DNA of 64,000 bases from Candidatus Saccharimonadota bacterium (GCA_022841445.1 JALHRM010000003.1:343-64342), one strand, 5' to 3'. Positions 1 to 10,324 are shown, counted from the first letter of the stretch. The notes: generated by a model from the sequence alone, not told the origin. Made by a program: numbers and translations.

Positions 1-2
1 CT

Positions 3-3000
3 TCGTCGACAACCAACGTTAATGTTGGCAGTACGATTGCCGGAACTACGACGCTACAGTCGGCCGGCGGTGTTATTGTTTCAGCACTCGCCACCGCAGA
101 TACGTCAACATACCTATGCCGAAATTCAACGAATCGAATAGCAACTTGTACGGCAGGTGCAAATACTCTCCAAGCAGCATATGATGCAGACGCCGATGGT
201 AGCGATAGTGTTATCGCTCTCACGACAGCTGATGATGGTCTTGTCATCCGCAATCCTAGTTCAGGGGGAAGTGACAGCACTTATAACCTAACTATCGATC
301 AGTTGTCGACTGGTGCTCGTGGTGGGCTAAGCATTCAATCCGCTGGAACAGGCAACCTGTTGCTTGTTACTGATACAACCGCTACAGCTCGCGATGTGCT
401 CGCTATTGCCGACGGGGGAGCTGCTACCTTTAGGAATCAGACTGATTCGACTTCTGCCTTTGGTATCCAAAACGCTGCCGGGACCTCTCTCCTCACTGCC
501 GATACTACTAATCTAGATATTGCTGTTAACGGTCGCCTTGCAGCGACCAAGTCAACTGCTATAAATCAGGACTGGACAAAGATCTCCGGCACCGCCGGCA
601 CCATCGGCGGCAACGGTACCGGCATTGATGGTATGCAAACAGCTGCAGTCTACAACGGTGCACTCTATTTCGGAATAGAAGTGACGGATGCGGCTGCGAT
701 CTACCGCTATGATGCCAACGGAGTATGGACGAGCGTTTCTGGCACTGCCGGCACAGTCGGTGGTGGAGCCACAACCGGTATTGATGGTATACGCGACATG
801 GTCGTTCACAATGGCCAGTTATTTGTTGGCACCGACAAAGCAAATGAAGCCGAAGTCTACCGTTACGACGGTGGCAGCAGTTGGACAAAGATCTCCGGCA
901 CCGCCGGCACCATTGGTGGCAACCCCACTGGCAGCATCAATCGCGCCAATACATTGATCAGTTACAACGGTTCACTGTATGTAGGAACAGAAGAAGCCGA
1001 CAGCGCCGAAGTCTACCGTTACGACGGTGGCAGCAGTTGGACAAAGATCTCCGGCACCGCCGGCACCATTGGTGGCAACCCCACCACACTTATCAATTCC
1101 GTAAAAAGCATGGCTGTGTATAGTGGCTCGCTCTACTTAGGAACCCAGGAATCAAACTCCGCCGAAGTCTACCGTTACGACGGTGGCAGCAGTTGGACAA
1201 AGATCTCCGGCACCGCCGGCACCATTGGTGGCAACCCCACCACTACCATTACGGCGGTGAGCGATCTTGCATCGCATAACGGCAATCTATATGCCGGTAC
1301 CAACAAGACCGACCAGGCCGAAGTCTACCGCTACGATAGCGGTACGACGTGGACTCGGGTCAGCCATACTACTGCCGGAACGATTGTTAGCGGTGGTACT
1401 TCAAGTGTGGATGCTGCCAATGAGTTAGAAGTCGTCAATGGTAGCCTTTACCTTGGAACGTATACGACCAACAGTCAGGGCGAAGCGTACCGCTATGACA
1501 ATGCCGTCGGAGCCTGGACAAAAATCTCTCAAACTACCGCTGGTACCGTTGCAGCGAGCGGGACTGCCAATATAGATGAGATTCAACGACTGGTTGGATT
1601 CGGTGGCTCGCTCTACGCTGGAAGTTTCGAAACAGATGGTGCAGAGGTATACCGTTATGGCGACAACACCCTCGAAGCCCGCTCCACCGAAACCCTCGGT
1701 ACCTTCAGCTTGTCTGGCACTGGTACTGCTTCATTCCAGAACTCTACTAACTCTACTATTGCATTCGATGTCCAAAATGCTGGCGGAGCATCACTATTCA
1801 ACATTGATTCCACCAATGCAGGCAACATTACCCTGCTTGGTGGTAATAGCGGAGAGACGAGTGCATGGCAGATCAATGCCAGTGGTCTGACCACAGCTCT
1901 CAGGGAAAGTTCAACGGTTACCGCCAATGGCTATGTATATATGTTAGGCGGAGTGAACGGTAGTAATGTGGGCGTCACGACCGTCTCCTACGCCAAAATA
2001 AATGCCAATGGCTCGATTGGCAGCTTTACTGCTACCAGCAGTCTGCCATCGGTTCGTACCGGGCACACTTCGGTAGTTGCCAACGGTTACATTTATGTAC
2101 TTGGTGGTCTGGACGCCGAAGCCGGTACCCCACAAGCAACTTCCTATTACGCCAAGATTAATACTGACGGCACCCTCGGTAGCTGGACAATTACGACCAG
2201 CCTTAGTGCAGCTACCGCTCACCATTCCAGTGTCGTCGCCAATGGCTATGTCTATGTCATCGGTGGTCGCAACACCGGCTCAACGCTCACCATATCCACC
2301 GTTTCGTATGCTAAGCTCAACGCCGACGGCACCATCGGTGCCTGGAGTGCCACCTCTAGCCTTGTTACTACTACCGGACTGGCCGCTGCCAGTATTGCTA
2401 ACGGCTACGTTTATATACTAGGTGGTCGTTCCGACACTGCGACTACTGGTGGCCGACAAAACGTCCAGTATGCTGCGCTCAACCCTAACGGTACTGTCGG
2501 AACTTGGACGGATGTTGCTAGTGCCTTGCCGGCTGCCCGAGCAGTACTGACATCAGCTGTTCAAAATGGCTACCTGTACGCCATCGGCGGACGCTTAAGC
2601 GGGACATCAAACACGACCGTCTATTACGCCCAACTTAATGCCAATGGGAGCTTTGGTAACTTTGCCACATCTGCCAATGCACTCCCCGAAGGCCGCGATG
2701 CCCACACAACTATTGCTGCCAATGGCTACCTCTATGCGCTGGGCGGTGAACTCAGTAACACAGAAGCCAGTACCATCTACTACACTTCCACCTCACGAGT
2801 AAGTATTGGCGGCAGTCTAGACTTAGTTGGATTGTCGGGTGAGAACTTGAGCGATGGCGGTGGTGGCAGTCTTACTGCTGGTGATACAGCGATTGTTGGT
2901 ACCTTGAACGTTCAGGAACAGGCTAATTTCTGGGATGCCGTATATGTGGCCAGCGACCTAAGCATCGGCAATAGCCTTGAAGTTACTGGACAGCTTCGCT

Positions 3001-6000
3001 CAGCCGCTATAGGTGATCTTACGCAGGCTGAAGGTGGTGGTGCTGGGCCAGACTCGGTTGCTATCAAGGGCAAATATGCTTATGTGACAAGTTATGATGG
3101 TGACCTGCTTCAAATCGTCGATATTACTGATCCAACCAACCCTGATGATGTCAGTAACGTGACCGTTGGCGATGCACCCGAATCAGTGGCGGTGCAGGGT
3201 AACTATGCATATGTCGGTACAACCGGTATTCCGGGATCGCTCGTAGTGGTTGATATAAGCAACCCATCATCACCAAGAGTCGTTAGTTCGATTAATGCCG
3301 GTACCGATCCATTCCATGTGCAGGTGCAGGGCAGCTATGCCTACGTGTTAAGTCAAAACAGCGACGGAATAAATGTTTTCGATGTTTCAAACCCAAGTGC
3401 ACCGGTACTCGTAAGTACATTCACAACGAGCGTTAATGGCCCACAAGATGCCTACATACAGGGCAATTATATGTATGTTGCCAATAATGATGGTCAAAAC
3501 CTGCAGGCTATTGATATCTCCAATCCTCGAGCGCTGGCTCATGTTGGATCGGTAGGCTTTGCCACTTTGCCACTGTCAGTAGTTGTATCGGGCAGCTACG
3601 CCTATGTCACCGATGAGACTACATTGATGTATGTGGTCGACATCAGTAACCCTGCAAGCATGTCATCACTGGGCAGTTATTTCGCTGACGCTGATATCGA
3701 AGACATGGTGCTACAGGGTCGCTACATCTATGGAGTGAGCAACCAGGGGGCGACGAGCAAGCTGTACGCCTACGACATTACCAACCCAACAACTCCGGAA
3801 GATGTCATGAACATCCCAGTTGGCACAAACCCGTATCATTTGGCAGTCAGTGGCAGGTATGCGTATGTCACCAGCTACACCAGCGATTTGTTGCAGGTGT
3901 TTGATCTTGGTGGCGGCTATGTACAACAACTTGAAGCCGGTGGTTTGCAGGCAACAACAATTAACGTCCAAGATGTTTTGGTGAATAATCGGCTTGATGT
4001 TGGCGGTAGCATAAGTGTCGGCACCAACTTAAGTGTCGGCGGTAATTTATCTATTGGGCGTATTGCCAGCAATATTTTGCCAGCAGCTGCAGCTACAACA
4101 TCGGCAACCAGTGCGGTAACTACCACACTTGATAGCGCCAACGATGTCGGTAACCAGGGTAGTATGAAACTTGGCTCTGACGGTATGCCAATAATCGCGC
4201 ACCACGACGAAACTAACGGTACGCTCCGCATAACGCACTGCTCGACAAGTTCGTGTAGCTCGTCAACAACCGTTACTGCTTATGATACCGCTAATGATGT
4301 CGGTGAATTCCCCGATATAGCTATTGGCAAAGACGGCCTTCCAGTTATCAGTTTCTATGATCGTACAGCGGGCGATCTGTATTCACTGAAATGTACAAAT
4401 GCTACTTGTACTGGTAGCTATATCACGACGTTACTTGAATCGGCTACTAATGCTGGCGGACAAAGCTCAATCGCTGTTGCTCCAGACGGTCTGCCAATCA
4501 TTGCTTTCCTAGATGACACCAATGACAACCTAATGACGCTTAAGTGTAGTAATGTGGCATGTAGTGATACTACGGGAGACACACTGACCACCGTTGAATC
4601 AACAGGGGTTGTCGGTTTTGATCCAGACATTGTCATTGCACCTGATGGCCTGCCTTTCATCGCTCATTATGATTTCACAGGTAACCTTAATCTAAGGACA
4701 GTAAAGTGTGGAAACGCAACTTGCTCATCAGGAAACGTTGTTAACGCACCTGATACCACAAACGATGTTGGTAATCGTCCAGCGGTTGCTATTGGTTCCG
4801 ACGGTCTGCCGATAATCGCCCACCACGATGATACTAACGGTGACTTACGAGTTACCAAATGTGCCGACATAGACTGCAACGTAAGCAGTACCAGCACGCT
4901 TGATTCGACTAATGATGTCGGCGATCAGGCCTCAATAACTATTGGTGCTGACGGTTACCCGCTGATTGTTTACCGTGAAGAAGTTTCTGGCGCAGATCAT
5001 GATGTGAGGGCTATGAAATGTACATCGCTCGACTGTGTTTCAAACACTACGACAGATGTTTACAGTAGCGGAGTTTCCGGCGGTTCAACACAAGTAATAT
5101 TCGGCACAGACGGCTTGCCCGTTGTGTCATTCCAGGATGGTAGCGGTGACGACTTGCTCGCGGTGCGCTGTGGAAACACATCATGTAGCGGCTCCGGTAC
5201 AGCGCTGAGCGGTGGTATTCAACTTGGTTCATCGAGCGTGCCGGTTCAAACCGCTTACATAGGTAACTTGCAAACTGGATCAGCTGCTGAATCTCTAACA
5301 CTCGGTACTAATGGCGTTACTCGACTAACTGTAGATACGTCAGGCAATAGTACGTTTCGGGGTAATATCTTAGCCGCTAGTTCACCAACTTCATCATCTA
5401 CTACTCGCACGCAAACCAGCATTACTGATGCTAATACCGTTGGACAGTGGAGCTCAATTATAATTGGTACCGACGGCTTACCAGTCATTTCTTATTATGA
5501 TCAGAGCGGCGGCGATCTGGCGGTTCTGAAATGTGGAAACGCCGCTTGCACATCTGGCAATACTTCAACCAAAATTTCTGATGGCGGTGGAGATACATGG
5601 GGCCAATGGACATCGATTGCCATAGGCTCAGACGGCTATCCGATTATTTCGCACTACAACTCGACCGATACAGACCTAGCGATTACTAAGTGTAGCAATG
5701 CCAGCTGTAGTTCGAATTCGACTACCAAGTTTGCCGACGGCCTCTATGCTGATGCTCAAGCAAGAGGCACCTATTCGGCTATTACGATAGGTGATGATGG
5801 CTTACCAATAGTGGTTTATAACCAAGACGATGGTGTTTCAGACCGCGATCCGTTTGTCGTCCAATGTACTACCACATCATGCACTGCTCTCGCTAACTAC
5901 ACAGCCATAAATGATGCTGGCGAAAGCCATGGTAGTTTTGCCGACGTTACTATCGGCTCCGACGGCTTGCCGGTGGCGGTTTACCGTAACGCAACTGACC

Positions 6001-7361
6001 AGGCCATTGCAGTAACTCGCTGTACGTTGGCAGATTGCTCAACAACCGCAACACAGGCGAATGTCTATGACACTGCCCAAAACATCGCTCTTGACATGTC
6101 GATCGCAATCAGCCCCGACGGTTATCCAGTGATAAGCGGTCATAATAACGCCACGTTTGACCTGACCGTCACAAAGTGTACGGCTGTCGATTGTAGCACT
6201 TCATCGAGTACTGAAATTGGCGATGGTGGTGGTGATCAAATCGGGTTCTGGTCGTCAATCGCCATCAGTACCGACGGCTATCCGATTATCTCATCAGAAA
6301 ACAGAACTGACAGTGATCTGCATATCATTAAGTGTGGTAATGCAACTTGTACTTCCGGCAATACAACTACTAACCTCGGAACGGTTGACACCGATTTCTA
6401 CACATCAATTGCTATCGGAGCTGATGGTTTACCGGTTATTTCTCACTGGGACTTTACGACCGTCAACAACTTAGCAGTTACAAAATGTGCAGATATTACT
6501 TGTAGTTTGGCGAACTCGTCAACATCCAGTGGTGGTTATAACATAGGTAGTTCAACCAACTACTTCAACAATATCTACGCCAACCAGTACTACGGCAAGA
6601 ACTTCAGTATTGCTAATTTCGACCTTGCCGAGGAATACGCAGTTGAGGATTTGTCACTGGCCGCGGGAGAGATCGTGGCGCTAAACCCAGCTAGCGGTAA
6701 ACTAAAACGAGCAACTTTGAGCGAACGCCAGAACATCATGGGAATTGTTTCGACAAGTCCTGGTTTGGCATTGCGTGACTACGAAGCAAATCGTACGGAT
6801 ACACGACTGATTGCTTTAGTCGGTCGTGTCCCACTTAAAGTGAAAGGCCCAGTCGCCATCGGTGATCCAATCACCATTTCAGAAACTGACGGCGTCGGTA
6901 TAAGGGCTGACTCTGCTGGGTTAATTGTTGGTCGGGCGCTGCAGTCTACCCAAAGCGACGGTACAGTTGATGTGTTTGTTCAGACCCAGTACTACGTTCC
7001 GTCAGTTGAACTCCAGGGTATCAGTTTCAGTAAGTTCCAGGATCTGCTTATCGGTGGGGAACTACAGGCCGAATCATTGGTAGTGAACACAGTTGCTACG
7101 TTCAAGAGCGGTATTATTATCTTTGGCCACATCACTGGCAACGATGATACTCGGGGCACTGTCACTTTGTTGGCGGGTCAAAGTAGCATCACAAAACCAT
7201 TCAACACTGCCTACCTGACGCCGCCGACGGTCGTTGCTTCACCAACCATAAACACTGGCGGTAACAATTTCTGGGTAGTAAAAACCGAAAACGACTTCAC
7301 TATCTATGTTGCCAACCCAACTACTAGTAACATAACTTTCGATTATCTCATCCAGCAGTAG
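3..7361 (+). CDS. Giant multi-beta-propeller surface/fibre protein (5' end outside window)
   Basis: The frame is open from base 3 (SSTTNVNVGSTIAG...), upstream of the ORF-track start at 303. Modules in order: 7 'xNGxLYxG...YRYD' repeats, 6 kelch repeats (GYxYxxGG), 7 LVIVD-like repeats, 2x7 'GxDGLPxI...CxxxxC' repeats, then a 'DLAEEY...GIVSTSPG...ALVGRVP' domain. Confidence 0.85.
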   Translation, partial: SSTTNVNVGSTIAGTTTLQSAGGVIVSALATADTSTYLCRNSTNRIATCTAGANTLQAAYDADADGSDSVIALTTADDGLVIRNPSSGGSDSTYNLTIDQLSTGARGGLSIQSAGTGNLLLVTDTTATARDVLAIADGGAATFRNQTDSTSAFGIQNAAGTSLLTADTTNLDIAVNGRLAATKSTAINQDWTKISGTAGTIGGNGTGIDGMQTAAVYNGALYFGIEVTDAAAIYRYDANGVWTSVSGTAGTVGGGATTGIDGIRDMVVHNGQLFVGTDKANEAEVYRYDGGSSWTKISGTAGTIGGNPTGSINRANTLISYNGSLYVGTEEADSAEVYRYDGGSSWTKISGTAGTIGGNPTTLINSVKSMAVYSGSLYLGTQESNSAEVYRYDGGSSWTKISGTAGTIGGNPTTTITAVSDLASHNGNLYAGTNKTDQAEVYRYDSGTTWTRVSHTTAGTIVSGGTSSVDAANELEVVNGSLYLGTYTTNSQGEAYRYDNAVGAWTKISQTTAGTVAASGTANIDEIQRLVGFGGSLYAGSFETDGAEVYRYGDNTLEARSTETLGTFSLSGTGTASFQNSTNSTIAFDVQNAGGASLFNIDSTNAGNITLLGGNSGETSAWQINASGLTTALRESSTVTANGYVYMLGGVNGSNVGVTTVSYAKINANGSIGSFTATSSLPSVRTGHTSVVANGYIYVLGGLDAEAGTPQATSYYAKINTDGTLGSWTITTSLSAATAHHSSVVANGYVYVIGGRNTGSTLTISTVSYAKLNADGTIGAWSATSSLVTTTGLAAASIANGYVYILGGRSDTATTGGRQNVQYAALNPNGTVGTWTDVASALPAARAVLTSAVQNGYLYAIGGRLSGTSNTTVYYAQLNANGSFGNFATSANALPEGRDAHTTIAANGYLYALGGELSNTEASTIYYTSTSRVSIGGSLDLVGLSGENLSDGGGGSLTAGDTAIVGTLNVQEQANFWDAVYVASDLSIGNSLEVTGQLRSAAIGDLTQAEGGGAGPDSVAIKGKYAYVTSYDGDLLQIVDITDPTNPDDVSNVTVGDAPESVAVQGNYAYVGTTGIPGSLVVVDISNPSSPRVVSSINAGTDPFHVQVQGSYAYVLSQNSDGINVFDVSNPSAPVLVSTFTTSVNGPQDAYIQGNYMYVANNDGQNLQAIDISNPRALAHVGSVGFATLPLSVVVSGSYAYVTDETTLMYVVDISNPASMSSLGSYFADADIEDMVLQGRYIYGVSNQGATSKLYAYDITNPTTPEDVMNIPVGTNPYHLAVSGRYAYVTSYTSDLLQVFDLGGGYVQQLEAGGLQATTINVQDVLVNNRLDVGGSISVGTNLSVGGNLSIGRIASNILPAAAATTSATSAVTTTLDSANDVGNQGSMKLGSDGMPIIAHHDETNGTLRITHCSTSSCSSSTTVTAYDTANDVGEFPDIAIGKDGLPVISFYDRTAGDLYSLKCTNATCTGSYITTLLESATNAGGQSSIAVAPDGLPIIAFLDDTNDNLMTLKCSNVACSDTTGDTLTTVESTGVVGFDPDIVIAPDGLPFIAHYDFTGNLNLRTVKCGNATCSSGNVVNAPDTTNDVGNRPAVAIGSDGLPIIAHHDDTNGDLRVTKCADIDCNVSSTSTLDSTNDVGDQASITIGADGYPLIVYREEVSGADHDVRAMKCTSLDCVSNTTTDVYSSGVSGGSTQVIFGTDGLPVVSFQDGSGDDLLAVRCGNTSCSGSGTALSGGIQLGSSSVPVQTAYIGNLQTGSAAESLTLGTNGVTRLTVDTSGNSTFRGNILAASSPTSSSTTRTQTSITDANTVGQWSSIIIGTDGLPVISYYDQSGGDLAVLKCGNAACTSGNTSTKISDGGGDTWGQWTSIAIGSDGYPIISHYNSTDTDLAITKCSNASCSSNSTTKFADGLYADAQARGTYSAITIGDDGLPIVVYNQDDGVSDRDPFVVQCTTTSCTALANYTAINDAGESHGSFADVTIGSDGLPVAVYRNATDQAIAVTRCTLADCSTTATQANVYDTAQNIALDMSIAISPDGYPVISGHNNATFDLTVTKCTAVDCSTSSSTEIGDGGGDQIGFWSSIAISTDGYPIISSENRTDSDLHIIKCGNATCTSGNTTTNLGTVDTDFYTSIAIGADGLPVISHWDFTTVNNLAVTKCADITCSLANSSTSSGGYNIGSSTNYFNNIYANQYYGKNFSIANFDLAEEYAVEDLSLAAGEIVALNPASGKLKRATLSERQNIMGIVSTSPGLALRDYEANRTDTRLIALVGRVPLKVKGPVAIGDPITISETDGVGIRADSAGLIVGRALQSTQSDGTVDVFVQTQYYVPSVELQGISFSKFQDLLIGGELQAESLVVNTVATFKSGIIIFGHITGNDDTRGTVTLLAGQSSITKPFNTAYLTPPTVVASPTINTGGNNFWVVKTENDFTIYVANPTTSNITFDYLIQQ
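849..1240 (+). repeat. Three identical 80-bp intragenic direct repeats, period 156 bp
   Basis: GCCGAAGTCTACCGTTACGACGGTGGCAGCAGTTGGACAAAGATCTCCGGCACCGCCGGCACCATTGGTGGCAACCCCAC at 849-928, 1005-1084 and 1161-1240, with a partial copy from 573. Confidence 0.95.
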
Positions 7362-7421
7362 CTTTACCCGGAGTGTACCCATTTGTAACGATAAGCGTGT
7401 TTGTGGTAGTCTGGTTAGGTA

Positions 7422-7925
7422 ATGGGCAAGATAAAAAAGCTCGGAGTGTATCTGTTAATGTTTACCATTGTCGGGATGGTTGGCGGAGGCACGGCCTGGT
7501 ACCAATACGGCAGGGAAGAGCCGTTGCCTGATGATGTCGCTGATCAACTTAGCTTTGCCCCATATAAAATTATCAGCACCGACGACGTAAAACCGGTCAA
7601 ACCAGTCAATTATGATTCCAATGTGCAACTGCTTACCTACCAATTAAGTGTTAAAGGCATCAAGGTAGTGGTGAGTCAGCAGCCGATCCCGGCAAATTTT
7701 AAAGAAGTCGAAAATCCGTTCGAGCAGTTATCTAAACAAATGAATGTCGAACAGTATTTTAAAAGTAAGAACGGGGTAGTGAGTATCACCTATCCAAACG
7801 GCCCAAATGCCCAGCAAACGGCACTGCTGAATAACGACAAAGCACTGTTGTTGGCACGACCAGACAAAAACTTAACGGTCAGTGAGTGGAAAGAACTTTT
7901 TGCCAGTTTTAGCGTAGAAAAATAG
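7422..7925 (+). CDS. Hypothetical protein with N-terminal membrane anchor
   Basis: 167-aa ORF with a basic N-terminus followed by a hydrophobic helix (LGVYLLMFTIVGMVGGGTAWY). Confidence 0.7.
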   Translation: MGKIKKLGVYLLMFTIVGMVGGGTAWYQYGREEPLPDDVADQLSFAPYKIISTDDVKPVKPVNYDSNVQLLTYQLSVKGIKVVVSQQPIPANFKEVENPFEQLSKQMNVEQYFKSKNGVVSITYPNGPNAQQTALLNNDKALLLARPDKNLTVSEWKELFASFSVEK

Positions 7926-7942
7926 CGATAAGGATATGCTTT

Positions 7943-8563
7943 GTGGGTCAAACTCGTAAAACATCGCACCGCCCCAAGTCCGCATCTCAACATAATAAAA
8001 AACGTACAACTTCGCGCCCAAAATCTATTTCTAAACTGATATCTCGTCACAAATTGGCTTTTACGGGGCTTAATTTACTGGTGGCTGCAGCCATATTCTC
8101 AAATATTTTTGCACCAGACATGAAACCATCGAGCGTTATACGGGTCGAAGCCCAATCCATTAGTGAAGTTAACCTTGATGATCCGGTGAACGAAGGGCCT
8201 GTTGCCGACGATACGTCGGTCAATCAAGGAGACATCCTCACTAACGAAAGTGCGTCGGTGACACCAGGGGTGGGGAGTGGGAGTGTCAATAGTGACGGTT
8301 TGGCAGAGTTACAAGAAATCGAAACTCTGAATACATCTGAAAAGCTGGAAATAGATGACACTGGTGCTGGCGAGACTACATCTGATACCAACCTGATTGG
8401 CGGCTCTGCTGGACTAACCACCTATAGTGCATTGGTGAGTGATCTTGATATGAAGGAAAAACTAGTACTTGCATATGCAGTAATGTCGTTCATATTTTTC
8501 ACCGGAGCAACAGCTTATTTCGTTATACGTCAGGAGCTGTGGTTTTTATCACCCAAGCGCTAG
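7943..8563 (+). CDS. Hypothetical protein with two TM segments and an acidic low-complexity loop
   Basis: Basic N-terminus, a TM segment, an acidic S/T/D/E-rich region and a C-terminal TM segment. Confidence 0.65.
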   Translation: MGQTRKTSHRPKSASQHNKKRTTSRPKSISKLISRHKLAFTGLNLLVAAAIFSNIFAPDMKPSSVIRVEAQSISEVNLDDPVNEGPVADDTSVNQGDILTNESASVTPGVGSGSVNSDGLAELQEIETLNTSEKLEIDDTGAGETTSDTNLIGGSAGLTTYSALVSDLDMKEKLVLAYAVMSFIFFTGATAYFVIRQELWFLSPKR

Positions 8564-8650
8564 ACTTGCGCCATCCCAACCGGTGGTCTCGCTTGGCTTT
8601 AAGGGGCGGACTTTGATAAGCTTAAGCATAGCAGGGATTTAAATACACAC

Positions 8651-9412
8651 ATGGCAAAACGTATCATAGCAGTCATAAACCAAAAGGGCGGTGTTGGAAA
8701 AACGACGAGCGTGATTAATATTGCTGCTGGTTTAGCCAGTGCAAATAAACGAGTACTAGTCTGTGACCTTGACCCACAAGGAAACGCTACGAGCGGACTA
8801 GGTATAGACAAACAGCAGCTAATCACAACATTGTACGACGTACTATTTTCACGTGCCGAGGCAATGGCAGTTATCCAACCGCTACGTATCAATAATTTGT
8901 TTATATTGCCAAGTAATTCTCAGCTGGCAGCTGCAGAAGTTGAACTTGTGCCGATTGAATCGCGCGAGTTTGCCTTAAAGAAAGTTCTTGAACCACTTGC
9001 GTTTGACTACATTCTGATTGACTGTCCGCCGTCCCTTGGACTGCTGACAATTAACGCTCTGACGGCAGCTGACGATGTTATCATTCCGCTGCAGACCGAA
9101 TACTATGCGCTTGAAGGGTTAGGGCAACTACTCGATGTTATGCAGATGATTCGCCAAAACATCAATCCAACCCTGGAACTCCTTGGAGTGCTGCTTACTA
9201 TGTATGATCGTCGCAATTCACTATCTGAACAGGTAAAACACGAAGCGCAGCGGCATTTTGGCGACAAGGTATTTCACACCACAATACCGCGCAACGTTCG
9301 TCTTGCAGAAGCACCAAGCTTTGGTAAAACAATCTATGAGCATGATAAATGGAGCAAAGGTTCACGAGCTTACAAAGCGCTAGTAAAGGAACTGGAAAAG
9401 AGGATAATGTAA
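8651..9412 (+). CDS. parA: Chromosome partitioning ATPase ParA/Soj
   Basis: Deviant Walker A NQKGGVGKTT, plus DLDPQGNAT, DCPPSLG and IPRNVRLAEAPSFG. Confidence 0.97.
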   Translation: MAKRIIAVINQKGGVGKTTSVINIAAGLASANKRVLVCDLDPQGNATSGLGIDKQQLITTLYDVLFSRAEAMAVIQPLRINNLFILPSNSQLAAAEVELVPIESREFALKKVLEPLAFDYILIDCPPSLGLLTINALTAADDVIIPLQTEYYALEGLGQLLDVMQMIRQNINPTLELLGVLLTMYDRRNSLSEQVKHEAQRHFGDKVFHTTIPRNVRLAEAPSFGKTIYEHDKWSKGSRAYKALVKELEKRIM

Positions 9413-9414
9413 CT

Positions 9415-10269
9415 ATGGTAAAGCAAGCATTGGGCCGAGGGTTTGATAGTCTAATTCCGAAAGACTTTGATCGCCAATTACTAGGTAATAATCAACACCG
9501 AGTACAAAATGTACTCATTAGCGACATTTTACCAAATAGTGAACAGCCACGGAACACATTTCGTGATCAAGAATTACATGAGCTTACTCAATCGGTACAA
9601 ACTCATGGTGTGTTGCAGCCAATAATTGTCGTACGTCAAAAAAATAATAAATATAAGATTGTCGCCGGCGAGCGCCGTTGGCGCGCCGCTAGCGCCGCCG
9701 GTCTAACACATATTCCAACTATTGTCCGCAGCCTCCAAGATCTTGAGCAGGCCGAAATTGCGCTCATTGAGAACATTCAACGTGTCGATCTTTCACCACT
9801 TGAACAAGCATTAGCAATCGAACGACTACAGCAACATTTCAACCTAACGCTCGAACAAATTGCTCAAAAATTAGGTCGTGCCATCAGTACTGTCAGTAAC
9901 ACGACCCGACTTCTAAAGTTGCCACAGGATGCGGCTCGCGCACTGGCCGAGGGTCGAATATCAGAAGCACATGCCAGAGCTATATTGTCACTGACAAATC
10001 ATCCAAATCTGCAGCAACAGCTACTGGATAATATCTTAACCAATAACTGGACGGTTCGTCAGGCAGAACAATTTGCCGTTGCCGCCAAACAAGGCGAGGC
10101 GTCCCAGCGCGCTAAAGCTCGAACGGAAAGCGAGACTCCCTATACTAAAGCAGTTAGCAAGAAACTTGCCGCACCGGTAAGTGTTCGCCACACCGCCAAA
10201 GGTGGGCAACTTATAATTAAATTTACTTCCGAAAAAGACTTAAAACGAATCATCAAACAAATAGGCTAG
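9415..10269 (+). CDS. parB: Chromosome partitioning protein ParB/Spo0J
   Basis: LGRG N-terminal motif, GVLQPIIV, IVAGERRWRA, ENIQR and an HTH. Start placed at ATG 9415, directly after the parA stop. Confidence 0.96.
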   Translation: MVKQALGRGFDSLIPKDFDRQLLGNNQHRVQNVLISDILPNSEQPRNTFRDQELHELTQSVQTHGVLQPIIVVRQKNNKYKIVAGERRWRAASAAGLTHIPTIVRSLQDLEQAEIALIENIQRVDLSPLEQALAIERLQQHFNLTLEQIAQKLGRAISTVSNTTRLLKLPQDAARALAEGRISEAHARAILSLTNHPNLQQQLLDNILTNNWTVRQAEQFAVAAKQGEASQRAKARTESETPYTKAVSKKLAAPVSVRHTAKGGQLIIKFTSEKDLKRIIKQIG

Positions 10270-10295
10270 CTGACCTGCTTGGTCTGTGCCACTAA

Positions 10296-10324
10296 TTGAC
10301 ACGAACTCTCTGTAAGCATAAGCT
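10296..10324 (+). promoter_or_regulatory. sigma70-type promoter
   Basis: TTGACA-17 bp-TAAGCT upstream of the lyase-like gene. Confidence 0.6.

Noticed and set aside
849-1240. CRISPR array (identical repeats with unique spacers)
   Set aside because: The repeats are 80 bp with an in-frame 156-bp period inside a long ORF. The spacers encode homologous propeller strands, and there are no cas1/cas2 genes.
1-7361. Diversity-generating retroelement acting on the giant protein
   Set aside because: No reverse transcriptase was found, and no template/variable repeat pair differing only at adenines was seen.
1-8563. Prophage tail module
   Set aside because: Despite the fibre-like C-terminus, no capsid, terminase, integrase or lysis genes are present, and the gene runs straight into parAB. 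Sequence upstream of the window is unseen.
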